DNA of 64,000 nt from Marsupella aquatica (taxonomy: Eukaryota; Plantae; Marchantiophyta), in NCBI GenBank assembly GCA_973895155.1, contig OZ316894.1:6222134-6286133 (forward strand), read 5' to 3'. Position numbers and translations under genes: made by a program. The number at the start of each line of letters is the position of its first letter. The stretch's first letter is position 1. Positions 51,101 through 62,447 of this stretch are shown piece by piece. The notes beneath the pieces are model-generated. The model saw nothing but the letters and a program-made list of their open reading frames with translations. It was not told the DNA's origin and did not search any database.

Positions 51101-52012
51101 GCTTTTCGGCTGCGATCTGCTGGTCTAGGTACCCCAGAATCTTGTCGAACTCCGCTTGAGTAAGCCGCTGGTTGCCCTTCAGCTTAAAGAACTTAGCTGG
51201 AACCTCAAGAATCGCCTCTGCTACCGATCTAAGCCCTTCCTTGCTGAGATATAGTTCGGTGATGTAGTCTCGCAGCTCGTTATAGCTAGAATCCCTGGTG
51301 ATGGCTGTCCTTTCGCAATTAACCAGTGCTACCTTGGTTACCAGCTTTGCGTACCTTCGTTCGTAAGCGGCTTTCTAGGGGCAAGAGTACCAGTAAGTTT
51401 CGGAGAACTTAGCACCTACCTCGCCAAACAAGGTCCAAAATCCCAAGGCGATGAGGGTCATACTAACCTCGTAGTCCGGTTTGTTGCGTCCACGTTCCCA
51501 CCTGGCTGGTCCTTTTACGCGGAGGCCTCGCTCGTCCTGACTAAATCTTGCCACATTCCGCTCTTCTCCCTCGATAATTTCCTCGTAAAGGTCGACTGGA
51601 TTCAATCAAAAAGGCGAGCGGATGGCAGCGTCCGTGAATTCCAAAAAGGTAAACGTGAGCGAATGGCCCGCAATGCCATCGGCTCCTCTCTTATGGGGGT
51701 GCCCGGACGAGCCCGAGCGTGAGAAGGTCAGGCCGTTTGGTCATTGATAACGAGCTGAAGTCGGCGTCTCGGTCCAAGCGTGATTCTTCTAACTGATTTT
51801 TACTCCGCTGCCGCCACCGTACCTCGGTCATGCGTAATAATCCCTTTCCTGAACTCGTAATTATTCGGTTATCTTAACCTACTCCTAATCTAATCATAAT
51901 GGCAACTTGACGGCTATACGTGCTATTCTACGCTATGGCTACGGTCCTAATGACCGTATAAGTCCTAATCTACGACCTGGGTTCGGTCAAGTGACACGTT
52001 ACCCGTGTCACA
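48175..52012 (-). mobile_element. Giant solo LTR 3 (3838 bp, TG...CA, TSD ATTTC)
   Basis: ATTTC|TGTCGCAC at 48170-48182 and GTGTCACA|ATTTC at 52005-52017. Removing it restores the reading frame REGF|PLVMAE. Confidence 0.88.
49089..51605 (-). pseudogene. Degraded LTR-borne gene homologous to those in solo LTRs 1 and 2
   Basis: Fragments 51375-51605, 50349-50681 (FAHLLW...EICEFISNFD...SLTEHRLTQIFGLPTG...DNGY...CT...ERLNF) and 49089-50237 (Pro-rich region plus coiled coil). Confidence 0.72.
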
Positions 52013-52017
52013 ATTTC

Positions 52018-52670
52018 CTCTTGTAATGGCTGAAGGAGGTTATGGTTTGGCAGATAATTCTGAAAACTTACAGGCGGGCACGGGGTTGATTGCATTCAAC
52101 AAAAATCTGGAAGATGTTGTGGATGATGTCTCCCTACACACGTATCGTGTAGATCCTCCAGGGTTAGAGTGCAACAGAGGTGTTGAGCAATCTCTTCTGG
52201 TTGATGCTTTAGTTCTTCGAAGTGGCCCAATTTTTGATGATTGTGAGGCAAAAAATACACTCGAGGATGTCGAGAAGGGGGTGGTGGATTGTGGACCCTT
52301 AAAAGAGATTGTTGTGGAGGAGGTTGGGATTGTGGAAAAAGATCACACTCCGATTGAATTTCAATGCGATGACAATGTTGACTCTCGTAGCACTGAAGTA
52401 ATAGGAGAGAATGATAACTCATTTTCTCTCACAGCAAATCCAGAGGTGTCAGAGAGGCGAGTCGATCGTGCGGAGGCAACCAATGAGGCAGGTGCCAATT
52501 TCCTCTCTCTTGTCTCAAGTCATAAAGTTCTAAGCATAAACAAATGTCCTCTCCCATCTCCGGATCCAATGGATAACAAAATGAGGATTGACAATTGCCT
52601 CAGTGATGTTTTGGATCAGGATGCGGTTCTAGTTAGGACTAATGGGTGCCTAATAACTCGTGGACAATGA
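52018..52670 (+). pseudogene. Accessory gene segment 4 (acidic linker)
   Basis: ORF 52005-52670 continues segment 3 in frame after the LTR is removed. Confidence 0.55.
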
Positions 52671-52785
52671 TTTCTGCGCAAGACGCGTGTAGAGGGATAC
52701 AGACGGGGTATTTGATTTCAAGTGGTCTTTGGTCAAGACTGTTGCAATGACTAACCATCCGGACTCGATATTTTTATGTTTGCAG

Positions 52786-53770
52786 AGTTTGTTCCCAAAC
52801 TCCACTAAGAGATCAAGCGAAAGCTCTTGATTTTTTACCTTAATAAGGTTTGTTTTGATTCCGTAAAGAGTAAAAGCTCCCGGACCATTTTGGAGGCTCA
52901 CATCTGTGAGGGGCGTTCACTGGGGAAGACGGGGCGGGAACACATTTATGTATGTGGAGCGTCCAGGACTTCACAAATTTTTACAAGTGATTTTCAAGTA
53001 TTATGATGTCGCGATATGGACTTGCGCGGGAAGGCCGAGAACAAATGAAATGATGGATCTTGTTTTCAACGATGCTGAACGAAAGCAGTTCAAGTTTGTA
53101 TTCACCCAAGAAGAAACGTTTGACACTGGCTTTTTGAGGTCAGATATTACGGATGGGAAGGCAAACATACTTCTCAAGGAAATCCAAACTGTTTGGGATC
53201 GTTTTGGCAATAGATATGGTCCGACAAATACTGTTCTCATTGATGACTCTCCTCTGAAGTGTTTCGCGAATCCAAATGTTAACACGTTGTTTCCAGTTCC
53301 ATTTGTTCACAACATGGGAGGCAACACTTTTCTGATGGAGATATTGCTTCCACTTCTTCAAAGAATGCACAATGCTTTTGATGTAAGACACTTTCTGAAT
53401 GTTAACTACCCAAAATGGTCCGCCTACAATAAGGGTGAAGCCCAAAGGAGGCATTGTGATATCTTTGCAGGACTCACTCAAGCCTGGGGGCACCGCGTTG
53501 CTGGCATCGTCGATAATTTCACTGTCCTTGATCACTCGGCAGACGAGATTTCCTGGGAAGTGAAGCATACCGTGCAAAGTTTGCCACCGGTGCAGGATAT
53601 GAGTGACCGTGACATCAATTCAATTGCTAAAGGTCTACTTGGAGATGGTTATTCCGGCCTTGCAAAATAAGCGGCAATTTGTTTGGGAAGTCCTAAAAAC
53701 TAGGGACCTTACTTCTAAGTTTAGAAACTTGTATCCTAAAGACACTTGCAACCGAGATAGAAAGCTTGTA
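52786..53770 (+). pseudogene. Accessory gene segment 5: FCP1/NIF-like HAD phosphatase domain, degraded
   Basis: Acceptor TTTGCAG ends at 52785. KRKLLIFYLNK (~52815) is a decayed KKLLVLDLNG-type motif. ORF 52906-53670 contains VERPGLHKFL....YDVAIWT, LLKEIQTVW and NTVLIDDSPLKCFANP. Confidence 0.75.
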
Positions 53771-55858
53771 AGTCAGGAAGTAGACTTACTTGCTCAAATA
53801 TGTTTTACAGTAGCAACACACATTCAATGATCGTTATTTAAAAATTTGGAGACTTGTAATATTGAGGGGAGGCCTATTACAAGTAAACAATTGTTATGGA
53901 CTTCTGTATGGTTCCCGTTAGTGGGTGACAATGAAAATGTGACATTACTCATGTGACTATTCTCCACCAAATTCGTACGCCAAAAATGTATTTTACATGG
54001 ATTTGGAAATTTCAACTGGTGTTTAGGAAACTTGAAAGAGTGTTCTAGAAATTCCAGCTCCAAGTTTTGGAAACTTCATTTAAGGTTGTTGGATAATGTA
54101 TTTATTTAATTTGGAAATTTTACCAAGCCACTTTGGAAAAAAGAATTTCCAGAATTAGTGAAATCACTGATCCTTGCTTCATTGCTGATTTGTCCTTGCC
54201 CATAAAAGTACTTATATTCTTTGAGCTGCAGTTGGGTAGGTGCTACGACAGTTGCGGTTGAGGAGGAGCTGTTCGCTTGTTTGTTCTTTCAAGTTTTGGT
54301 GGCTGTGGTGTTGAGCTTCTCAGGAGGGCAAACAACTGCCCTTTTTTTGGAGCTTTGAAATAGGTAGGTGATCTCCCTCCAATGTCAAGGTTGCATTGTC
54401 GTTGCTTAGTTCATACCCAATTCTTTTTCTTAAATCATTTGAGTGTGTTTGTACCTGCATGCGGTCAGACGTTGTTTGCAAGTTGTGAAAATTCTGTGCA
54501 TAACTGCTGCTTGTCTATACTTCCCTTTTGTTGCATCACTGCCCGCATTGCTCAACTCTAATCCCTGCTATGTTTGTTCCTCTGGTTTGCTTCATGTGGC
54601 CACACAACTCAGCAGTTTGTATTTGTTGTTTCTTGTCCATGGATGTATAACTTCACATTGACTTACATGTCTGTATTTCTGCCCGACCCTTTTAGATTTG
54701 GAGAGGAGACAAACAAGATTACCATTGTTCATTGTGCTTTTTTTCTCAATTGCTTAGTCGTTTGCTTTGTTATTCTTGCCAATATCTTGCTGTCGATAAT
54801 TGTAACTGCTAAAGTCTGGTAATTGGTAATTGGTATTTCATTTCATTTGTAGTTTGTTTCTCTGTTTGTGCTACATTGAATGATCTTGTTGATTGTTGTG
54901 TGTTCCGTCATAGTTCCTGTTTTTAGATATTTGTTTGTAGAACAATTTCCGATAACACAATTTAGAGCCTTTGCTAAAATAATGTGGCAACTACGTAATG
55001 GCTGAATATGAATGTTTCCCTTTGCCCTCAAAGCATGTTGCTAAGATTGACTAGCACATCCCATTATTTAGCCATCTATAAGCTCCTTACATTGTTTGTC
55101 TTTTGAGCAATGTTGGTGAACTGAGCTCTTGCGTTGCCTGAGCTGCTGTGTTTGCTGAGAAGCTCAAAGAGTTGCGGTCAAGGAGGGAGCTAAAGGCAAG
55201 GACAAGTTGCCGTTGGGGACAACCTGTGTCCAATGCACGGTTGTAGCTCAATCAACTACAGCCAGTTGGAGCTACAGGCCGGTTAGTTTTCTGCATCTTA
55301 AACCAAAACCATGTTTTGTGCTAGCTGCCAACTACCACACAAGATCTGGTGCCATTTCTTGTTGGTGCAACGTCACATCGAGTCTTCAGGTACTATCCGA
55401 TCCTAAAGGGCTTCCAACAGGGCCAGCTGTGACCAAAACCCATGTATTGTCTCCAGCACTAGAGCCCCAATGTGGCTGGAATTGCATTTGTTCTATCCTC
55501 TTACATTGAGTAGCATATGTTTTGACTTAAACTTGATTTTGAATGTGGCCTTTCGTATGATTTTTTGCCGACACATCGTCCAAGTCTGTCACTGTGTTGG
55601 TTGATTTTTATTGGTTGGATTGGCAATTTGCCCTTTCTTTTAGTTTAGTTTGGGGATGATGTCTCAACCGTGCATCAATTTGTTCTTTGTGCTATGAACT
55701 CTGTGATGGATTGTTGTTGCTCACCCCTCCTACACATGAAGAAGGTTGACACCAGTGATTCATTTGTATGAGTAATTGGAAGTCTAAATATGTTATCGAC
55801 CATGGAGGATTTCTTGTTTTTTTTGTTTACTTAGTTTGCAGCTCAGTTCAAACTGCGA

Positions 55859-56439
55859 TTGCTAATATGCTATTTGGTTATTGCAGAGTTTACCAATGTA
55901 CTGAATACCCTCAGTTTGAACCCATATGAAGAGTTCATAGAAGTTGCCAAAGGCGGTGAGAATGGATGGGAAACAAAGGGCCACATGGAGACCCAAATTC
56001 CATCACAAGCAGGTGACATGCAGGATGTGACCATGGACGCTGGAGCAGAAGTTGAACTTTCAACTGCTGGGAGACCTACTCGGAAGGTGAAGAGTCGGGC
56101 TTGAGCAAGTGGTAGAGTGACAGCGACAAAGAAGCGTAAACCTGATGCACAGCCTGAGTATATATTGTTATCGCCACAACAAGATGAGTTGTGTGTAGGG
56201 TTTGGAAAACTGCGCCTTGAGCATATTACATTCCATTGCAAATAAGTGTCACCAGGGTATTCTGTAGTGTTTAGGGTTAGGGTTTAGTGTTGTTGACAAA
56301 GCTTGTGAAGCCAAAGACCCCTTTATCAATTCCTAATTTGAATGATGACCCGCCACAGACAACTATTGTAGATGCTTTGAACTCTTTGGTGTTGTGGCCA
56401 ACAGATTACATAGGGACAGCTGAAATGTGTGATCTGTAG
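55859..56439 (+). pseudogene. TnpA/Tnp1-like C-terminal remnant of the outer CACTA element
   Basis: LCVGFG...FH...PNLNDDPPQTTIVDALNSLVLWP is homologous to 46210-46425. Confidence 0.7.
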
Positions 56440-56524
56440 TTCTTGATACTTAAAACAGATGCATGATTGGTGCCAATGTCACCAAGATATTTCATAATGC
56501 AGAATTCAATTCAGATTCCCTGAT

Positions 56525-56727
56525 CCCTGGGCCCTCACTTCGTGTAAAAGAAGTGGACCCCCCTGCGATCGGGCCCTTTTCCTGTTTACCCCTTGTTATT
56601 TCCATTTTACTATTAAAAGTTCCCTTATTACCGGTAATAATTATAATTATTAGTTCAAAATTAATAAAAACTACCCTTTGAGCGTTCGCACGTCCTCCAT
56701 GTATTAGTTAAGACTGAGGGCCTAGGG
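56525..56727. mobile_element. MITE (203 bp, 13-bp TIR, 8-bp TSD)
   Basis: TCCCTGAT|CCCTGGGCCCTCA ... TGAGGGCCTAGGG|TCCCTGAT. An 8-bp TSD suggests hAT or a related superfamily. Confidence 0.85.
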
Positions 56728-57142
56728 TCCCTGATGTTTCCACTAATTATGTTGTGACAACTTTGATTGTATGAAATTATGCATGTGTGTTCAATAGTCA
56801 ATATGAGTTCTAAGATTCTAATAGAATTATCTTGTCTATCCTGTTTTCATGTAAGACTTGTATGCTCATGCTTTGATTTTTGGGATGTAACGAGTCAACT
56901 TTCACAAGTCTCAATTTGTCGGTTATGGTCATGGTTCTAGTCCTATGTGCAGACCGCATGTGACTCAGGTCGAGTCAAAATTTTGACCACTTGGTCAAAG
57001 AATACTTCAGTATGCGGTCGTTAACTAGACTACTGAGTCATTTTGGGTCATTAAGTTATGACCGTTGTATATGTCAACACCTTGCAATGGGGCTTAACTC
57101 TCTACTAGAATTAACTTCACCACTTATGCCCCTTCTTATCGT

Positions 57143-60100
57143 TGTCCGGGTTCCTAGGACGGGTGAATAGCAGGACAGGAGGTCTCTTTCTCCTTAACTC
57201 TCTTTTTTCTCACTCACACACCCGACTGGGTAATTTTATTTCCACCGCTGGAAAGATCACCTCAAAGGGTGGTTATCGCTCCCTTGCTTTCCCGCTGGAA
57301 AACACTCACACAACCCCACTCCCGATCTCAACACGGCAAGTGCCCACCCACAAGTTGTCCCCACAAACTCCCCATGTGGCTGCCCCTCCAAGAGTTCCCT
57401 CCGCTTACTTCACCATGAGCTTCAAGACCATCACTTCCTATCTCAACAAGGCAAGTGCTTGGTCCCTCCGTCACTCCCTGGCTTCAAGCCTCACCCCTCT
57501 TGGTGTTGAGTCACACCTGAGCTTGCATACACACTCACTGGATTCAAATAACCGTTGGATAGACACTTCAAAACTGAGGCTTATGCATGAGCCTTTACTG
57601 CAAGGAATGGTACAAGATTAGATCACAACACTTCCCCCTACCCTCTCCTTGCTGTCTACCTAGTGGACTAGTCCCCTATCCACACTCTCTAGTGCCTTAA
57701 GCCAATGTTGACTCTCCCTAAGTGAGATCTCAGCCCCCAGGCTCTCAGCCTTCAGGAGAATGTGCAAGTGAACAAGTGAGGAGACAACCCCCTGGTTCTC
57801 CTCTTTATTTCAACACCCCAGGGCTCCAAACCAACCCAAGCCAAACCAAACCAGGCCTAAGGTGCTAACTCAGGTTAGTGGTCACCCTGGAACTTAACCC
57901 AAGCGTAACTACTTTCCCGCTAATCCTTAACCCGGGTTAAGTTTCTATCTTAACCGCAGGTCAACTTAACTACAACCAGTACTCTGGTTTCCACACAAGA
58001 CCTGAACAGCGGCCACCTCTTAGTGAGACAAGAAACCAGGGTACCCCCTTGGTAACTCTTACAACTAATCGAGTTGTAAACTGACTGGAACACAATATTT
58101 CTCACGATAACAACTTCAAGCTCGGCCTACACCTGAGGATTAATATGTCACTGAGTTCCGGGTTACCACTGAGTCTCGGGTTTTGCCGCTGAGACTTGGG
58201 TTACCACAGAAACACAGGTCAGCTTTTACACAGTTGTAAACTTACCCGACTAGGACAACTACCGCTTGAGTTGGTTCCAACTAGAATGTTGGCATTAGCA
58301 GTTATTCTATGGCTACTGTGCGAGTGCAAGGCCGAGCTATCTAGCAACAACTCATTGTATACCAGCACCCATCAAGTGTTGGGCTTCATAATAGTCCAAC
58401 AACTTATTACAAATATATAGTGGTTTTCCAGCCTTCATGAAAACTCCTTAGCATATCCTATTGGGATAAAAAATGGTCTCTCAGGCCTTCATGAATTCGA
58501 GGCACCCCTGTTGGGCCCTCCTCTGGTCTTCCTGGTCCCCTACTGGCCTCGACCCGGCTCCAAAAAGTCCCTCAAACCCGGTTGCAGGATGTCGCTTTAG
58601 TTTAATTAGAGTTGTTGTGAGCTATTCAAACGAACAGCTCAAAAAGCTCTATTGGTATCCCAACTGAAATCCCTAGCAACCAACAGGTCTCAGGTTCAAA
58701 ACTTGCCGCCACCAAACTCACCAGGTAAGTTTTTCCTAAGCCCTACTCGTGTGTTTTTCTTTTCCTTCCCAAAGCTTTAGTAAGCGGCCGCGAGCTGCTT
58801 TATAGTTGCGAGCTCCACAGCCAGGAGCACGATTGAAGCGGCGAGGAACTCCCTCCCCATAGCAGCAAACTCCATAGCCAGGATTTCAGCCCCTCAACAA
58901 TCCCCATAGCCAGCAGCACCTCCCTGGTAAACAACTACTTAGTGAACATCACTCAGCAGCAAGCTCCATTGAATACACAATCAACAGCACAGAGCTTATC
59001 TTCAGCAGTCCAAAGCTGCTTACTACCACTGCAGTAACACTCCAAGCTCTCAGCTTTGATCAGCCAGCTCATAGCAACAAACTCAATTAAACACGAACCT
59101 CCTTTGATGCTTCAAACTTAAATTGAACATCGAGCCTCTTCAGTAACATCGTAGCAGCACTTGGCAGTAGCGAGCTCCTGAGTGGCACCAAGCTCTCAGC
59201 ATCGAGTAGCAAGATCAAGCTCTTCTTTCATCAACGCAACACCTAGTTAGCAGCAAGCTCTATTCAATACATGCTCAGTACTACGCTCATCTCTAGCAGT
59301 TTGAAGCTGCTCACTAATCCCAGCAACAAAAGCTCTTTGGTAGAGTAATCAGCCATTCAATTCAATTGCAAATGGCAGCACTGCAGCAGTGAGGCTCAAT
59401 TGAATGGCAACATTGAATCTCCATCCACCCACTCCTCACCCAACTATCTCCTTATCTCCCTGCCTGAAATCAAGCTCCTTGTGTGTGCTCTCCGGATTTC
59501 ATGAGTCAACTCTAATTGTCCTTATGGAAGGAGTTGATTTTGCCTAACTGCACCTGGCTCCCATCCTGTTGGAATTTTGTTGTTTCCCCATCACTGCTAC
59601 GTAGGTTTCTTTTGAAATCTTGTCCTTATGAAAGGGCTTAGGTGGTGACACCTGGCCTTTCTCACTAACCCTCATAGCATTCTTTCATTGTAACTATTCC
59701 ATTACTCCTACGGTATCCCATTTGAGTATACTTATAACGGGATCCCGGTTTCATAAATCTCCAGCAATGTGCCCGGACCTCTGTTTTACTTGAATTTTTT
59801 GCTAGTGAGCTCCTTGAACCTAAAACTAACTACTTGCTAAATTCCTAGCTCTAACTCTATTCTGAGACTTTTATCTAAATCTGCTAAGTCGATCGTCTTT
59901 TTTATTTATGGTCACTTTTATTTAAACTACTAATGTTAACCTAATAAATTCTAACCTAACTTGTCTTTTCCTAACTCGTTTAGGTAACCCATACTAAATC
60001 AGCTTGACCCCCTACCACTTACTATTCATCTCTTTGTTCTCCTAACCGTAATTTATTGCTAACCATGGTTACTTCTAACTGTAGTTATGTCATTTGTAAC

Positions 60101-61480
60101 TCTAGTTTAAACAACTACTACTTAATTTGGCATCCGACATAGCTCCCCTCTCAAGTGTGCAGCGTCCACGCAAACACTCAGTCTCCCTGCTCAGAATACT
60201 TTTTTAGACGATCATAGTGTACCCAGATCGGGTAGACCTCTCCAGTGATCGTGGCGACTTCCACTGATCCGTTGTTGAAAATCTGTTTGACCACATAGCG
60301 TCCCAACCAGCGAGTATGGAGTTTTCCTGGAAAATGTTTTACTCTGCTGTCACACAATAGCACAAGATCGCCATTGACAATGTTCACAGGCCTCACCTTC
60401 TTATCATGGTACTTCTTGTTGCGGGCTTGCTGCTTTATTAGTGTCTCAGCAGCTTCTTCTCTATTTTCCTCTAGCAGCTCCAACTGATATGCTCATTCCT
60501 GCTGGCTGCTCCCCTCTGGCATTCTGTCCCCGAACAGAGTTCTCCATGTTGGTATTGCAAACTCCACTGGCACAACTGCATTCTGGCCAAAGACGAGATA
60601 GTATGGAGTCTTGCCTGTTGTAGTCTTGTAAGCCAAGTTGTATGAATACACAGCAGAGTATAGCTTGTAGTCCCAAATAATCACTCTTGTGACTAGCTAC
60701 AGTGGTGTTGAGGATCCTTCCAATGATACCATTAGCTCGCTCAGTCAGGCCGTTCGCCTTTGGATGATACGGTGTAGTCTTTCTGTGCTTCACCAAATAA
60801 TTTGCAGTCATCTCCTCAATTACCTCATTCAGAAAATGAGTTCCTTGGTCACTTACCAGCTCCAAGGGTGGCCCAAATCGAGTAAAGATATGTTCATACA
60901 AAAATTTGGCTGTAATTGCGGCATCATTCTTCACAGTCGGTAGAGCCTCGACCCACCTAGTAGCATAGTCAGTGGCCAATGATGTACCTGCACCTTCTTC
61001 GTCTGGTCACAGGTGTGATGGGTCCCATGAAGTCGATTCCCCACTTTTCAAATGGTGCGAGCGGCAAGATTGGATTCAAAGGATGGTGTCCGGACATTCT
61101 CGGTTTTCCCACTCGCTGGTAGGCATCACAGCCTTGAATGAAAATTTCCCACTCGCTGGCAGGCATCACAGCCTTGAATGAAAAGAGCACATCCCGGTGC
61201 AATGTCGGCCACCAATAGCTTGCATCTAAAATCTTTCTTGACGTTACCACGGCAACATAGTGTCCACCTGCTTCTTCCTCATGTAGTGCTCTCATCACCA
61301 CATGAATCTGGTTCTCCTCCAAGCATCGACGGATTGTACTGTTAGCTCCCTGCTTGTGAAGGACGTTGTTGAGCAGCATGTACGGTGCTGCCTTCCTCAA
61401 AAAAACAACAGCTTCTTCTGCATTGAAGGTCTCCGGCACTCTGCCGGTTGTTAGGTACCTGAAAATATAGCACCAGTCAT
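57143..61480 (-). mobile_element. 5'-truncated Ty3/Gypsy retrotransposon: integrase remnant, PPT and ~3-kb 3' LTR (57143-60139)
   Basis: On the minus strand the PPT GAGAGGGGAGCTA is followed by TGTCGGATG at 60139, and the LTR ends ...GGACA at 57143. Confidence 0.85.
60178..61439 (-). pseudogene. Gypsy integrase, frameshifted
   Basis: H..GGH, YWWPTL..D, WGIDFMGP, DYATRWVEA, SDQGTHF, TPYHPKANGLTER and KLHTRWLGRY. A 40-bp duplication lies at 61108/61148. Confidence 0.92.
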
Positions 61481-62395
61481 ACGTGCGAAATACTACTCTT
61501 TCTCACTGACTGTTTGTGACTAATTCATACCTTGTCTTGAGTCATGAAAATGACTACGTTGCAATCATTTCTAAGACTGTAGCACGTTCTCATCCAAAAG
61601 TGCACAAGTACAGATCTGGTCATTATTAGTCACAAAATGTGTCTTAAAGCCTAGTCATAGAGCTGATCACTCGATTTCAGTCACTTTAAATAAGACTCTA
61701 TGTTGAAATTATGACTGGTTTGATACCCCCCGAACTTTAGTCACAAGGAGTCATGGGCAGTCCTAAAACCTAGTCATATAACACCCCGGTTTCTACTAGT
61801 GTGGAAGGGCCAGAAACTTTCCGGCCTTTGCCCTTGAGAGTCCTCAAATATTGCCGTGAGGATTGGGGCTGGAGAAGACACATCATGAAAGACCCACTCA
61901 GTCCAAAGATGCCGCCTGATCATTTAAAGGGGTGATTTTCTCAAGACCATCACATGCAAGACAACCCTTAAATCCTGTGCTACACTTAATTGAGAGTTCT
62001 CTGAGTGTGAGCAATCAATTTGCTTGACTACATCAGTTGGTGAGAATTCACACAAGAGACAATCAAGGATCTAGCCTAGAATATTTAGCAAAGCTGACAA
62101 GCTAGATGGGTACATCAATGACATAACTGGGAGCTTAGGTGTTCAGCCCCTGCTCGAGCAGAACGAAGTGTGGGATGAACTGAAATTGCTGGCAACAGTG
62201 AAGCAATGGAAGATATGACAGGAGAGGACCAGAATGTCCTCACTCCAAAGGAACGGAGGACCTGCTCTAGCCTTCTTGTCTTGATATAGTACTCCACCTC
62301 TGTTGCTGTAGTGTTCAACTCAAAGGTAGGATAAGAATTAAATTCTCAATTCAACCTCTATCGGTACTTCTCCCCTAATGTCATGTGTTTGTTTT

Positions 62396-62447
62396 TGGAT
62401 TAGATTAGATTAGATTGGATTGGATTGGATTGGATTGGATTGATTGG
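62396..62447. repeat. Pentanucleotide microsatellite (GATTA/GATTG)n
   Basis: Directly visible. Confidence 0.9.

Larger units (their letters stand above)
11973..54171 (-). mobile_element. Giant Sola-like TIR DNA transposon, ~14.9 kb after removing nested inserts
   Basis: Left TIR ATCAATACTTTCACTAACTCTGGAA (11973-11997) matches the reverse complement of 54147-54171, ATCAGTGATTTCACTAATTCTGGAA, at 21/25. 4-bp TSD CCTT at 11969-11972 and 54172-54175. Contains a DDD-type transposase, and the CACTA sequence on the two sides is mutually homologous. Confidence 0.8.
10380..61801 (+). mobile_element. Outer CACTA/EnSpm-like element (left end degraded, start coordinate approximate), interrupted by the Sola-like element, a MITE and a Gypsy remnant
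   Basis: Right TIR CCCCGGTTTCTACTAGTG ends at 61801. Segments 10.9-11.7 kb and 54.2-55.3 kb are colinear with the CACTA element at 33.6-47.2 kb (e.g. 11030 vs 34273, 54290 vs 35320, TATTTAGCCATCTATAAGCTCC at ~42735 and ~55065). TnpA-like remnant at 55.9-56.4 kb. No left TIR was found. Confidence 0.65.

Noticed and set aside
56269-56287. Interstitial telomere (TTTAGGGTTAGGGTTTA)
   Set aside because: Only about two units. Such telo-box-like motifs are scattered through the window.
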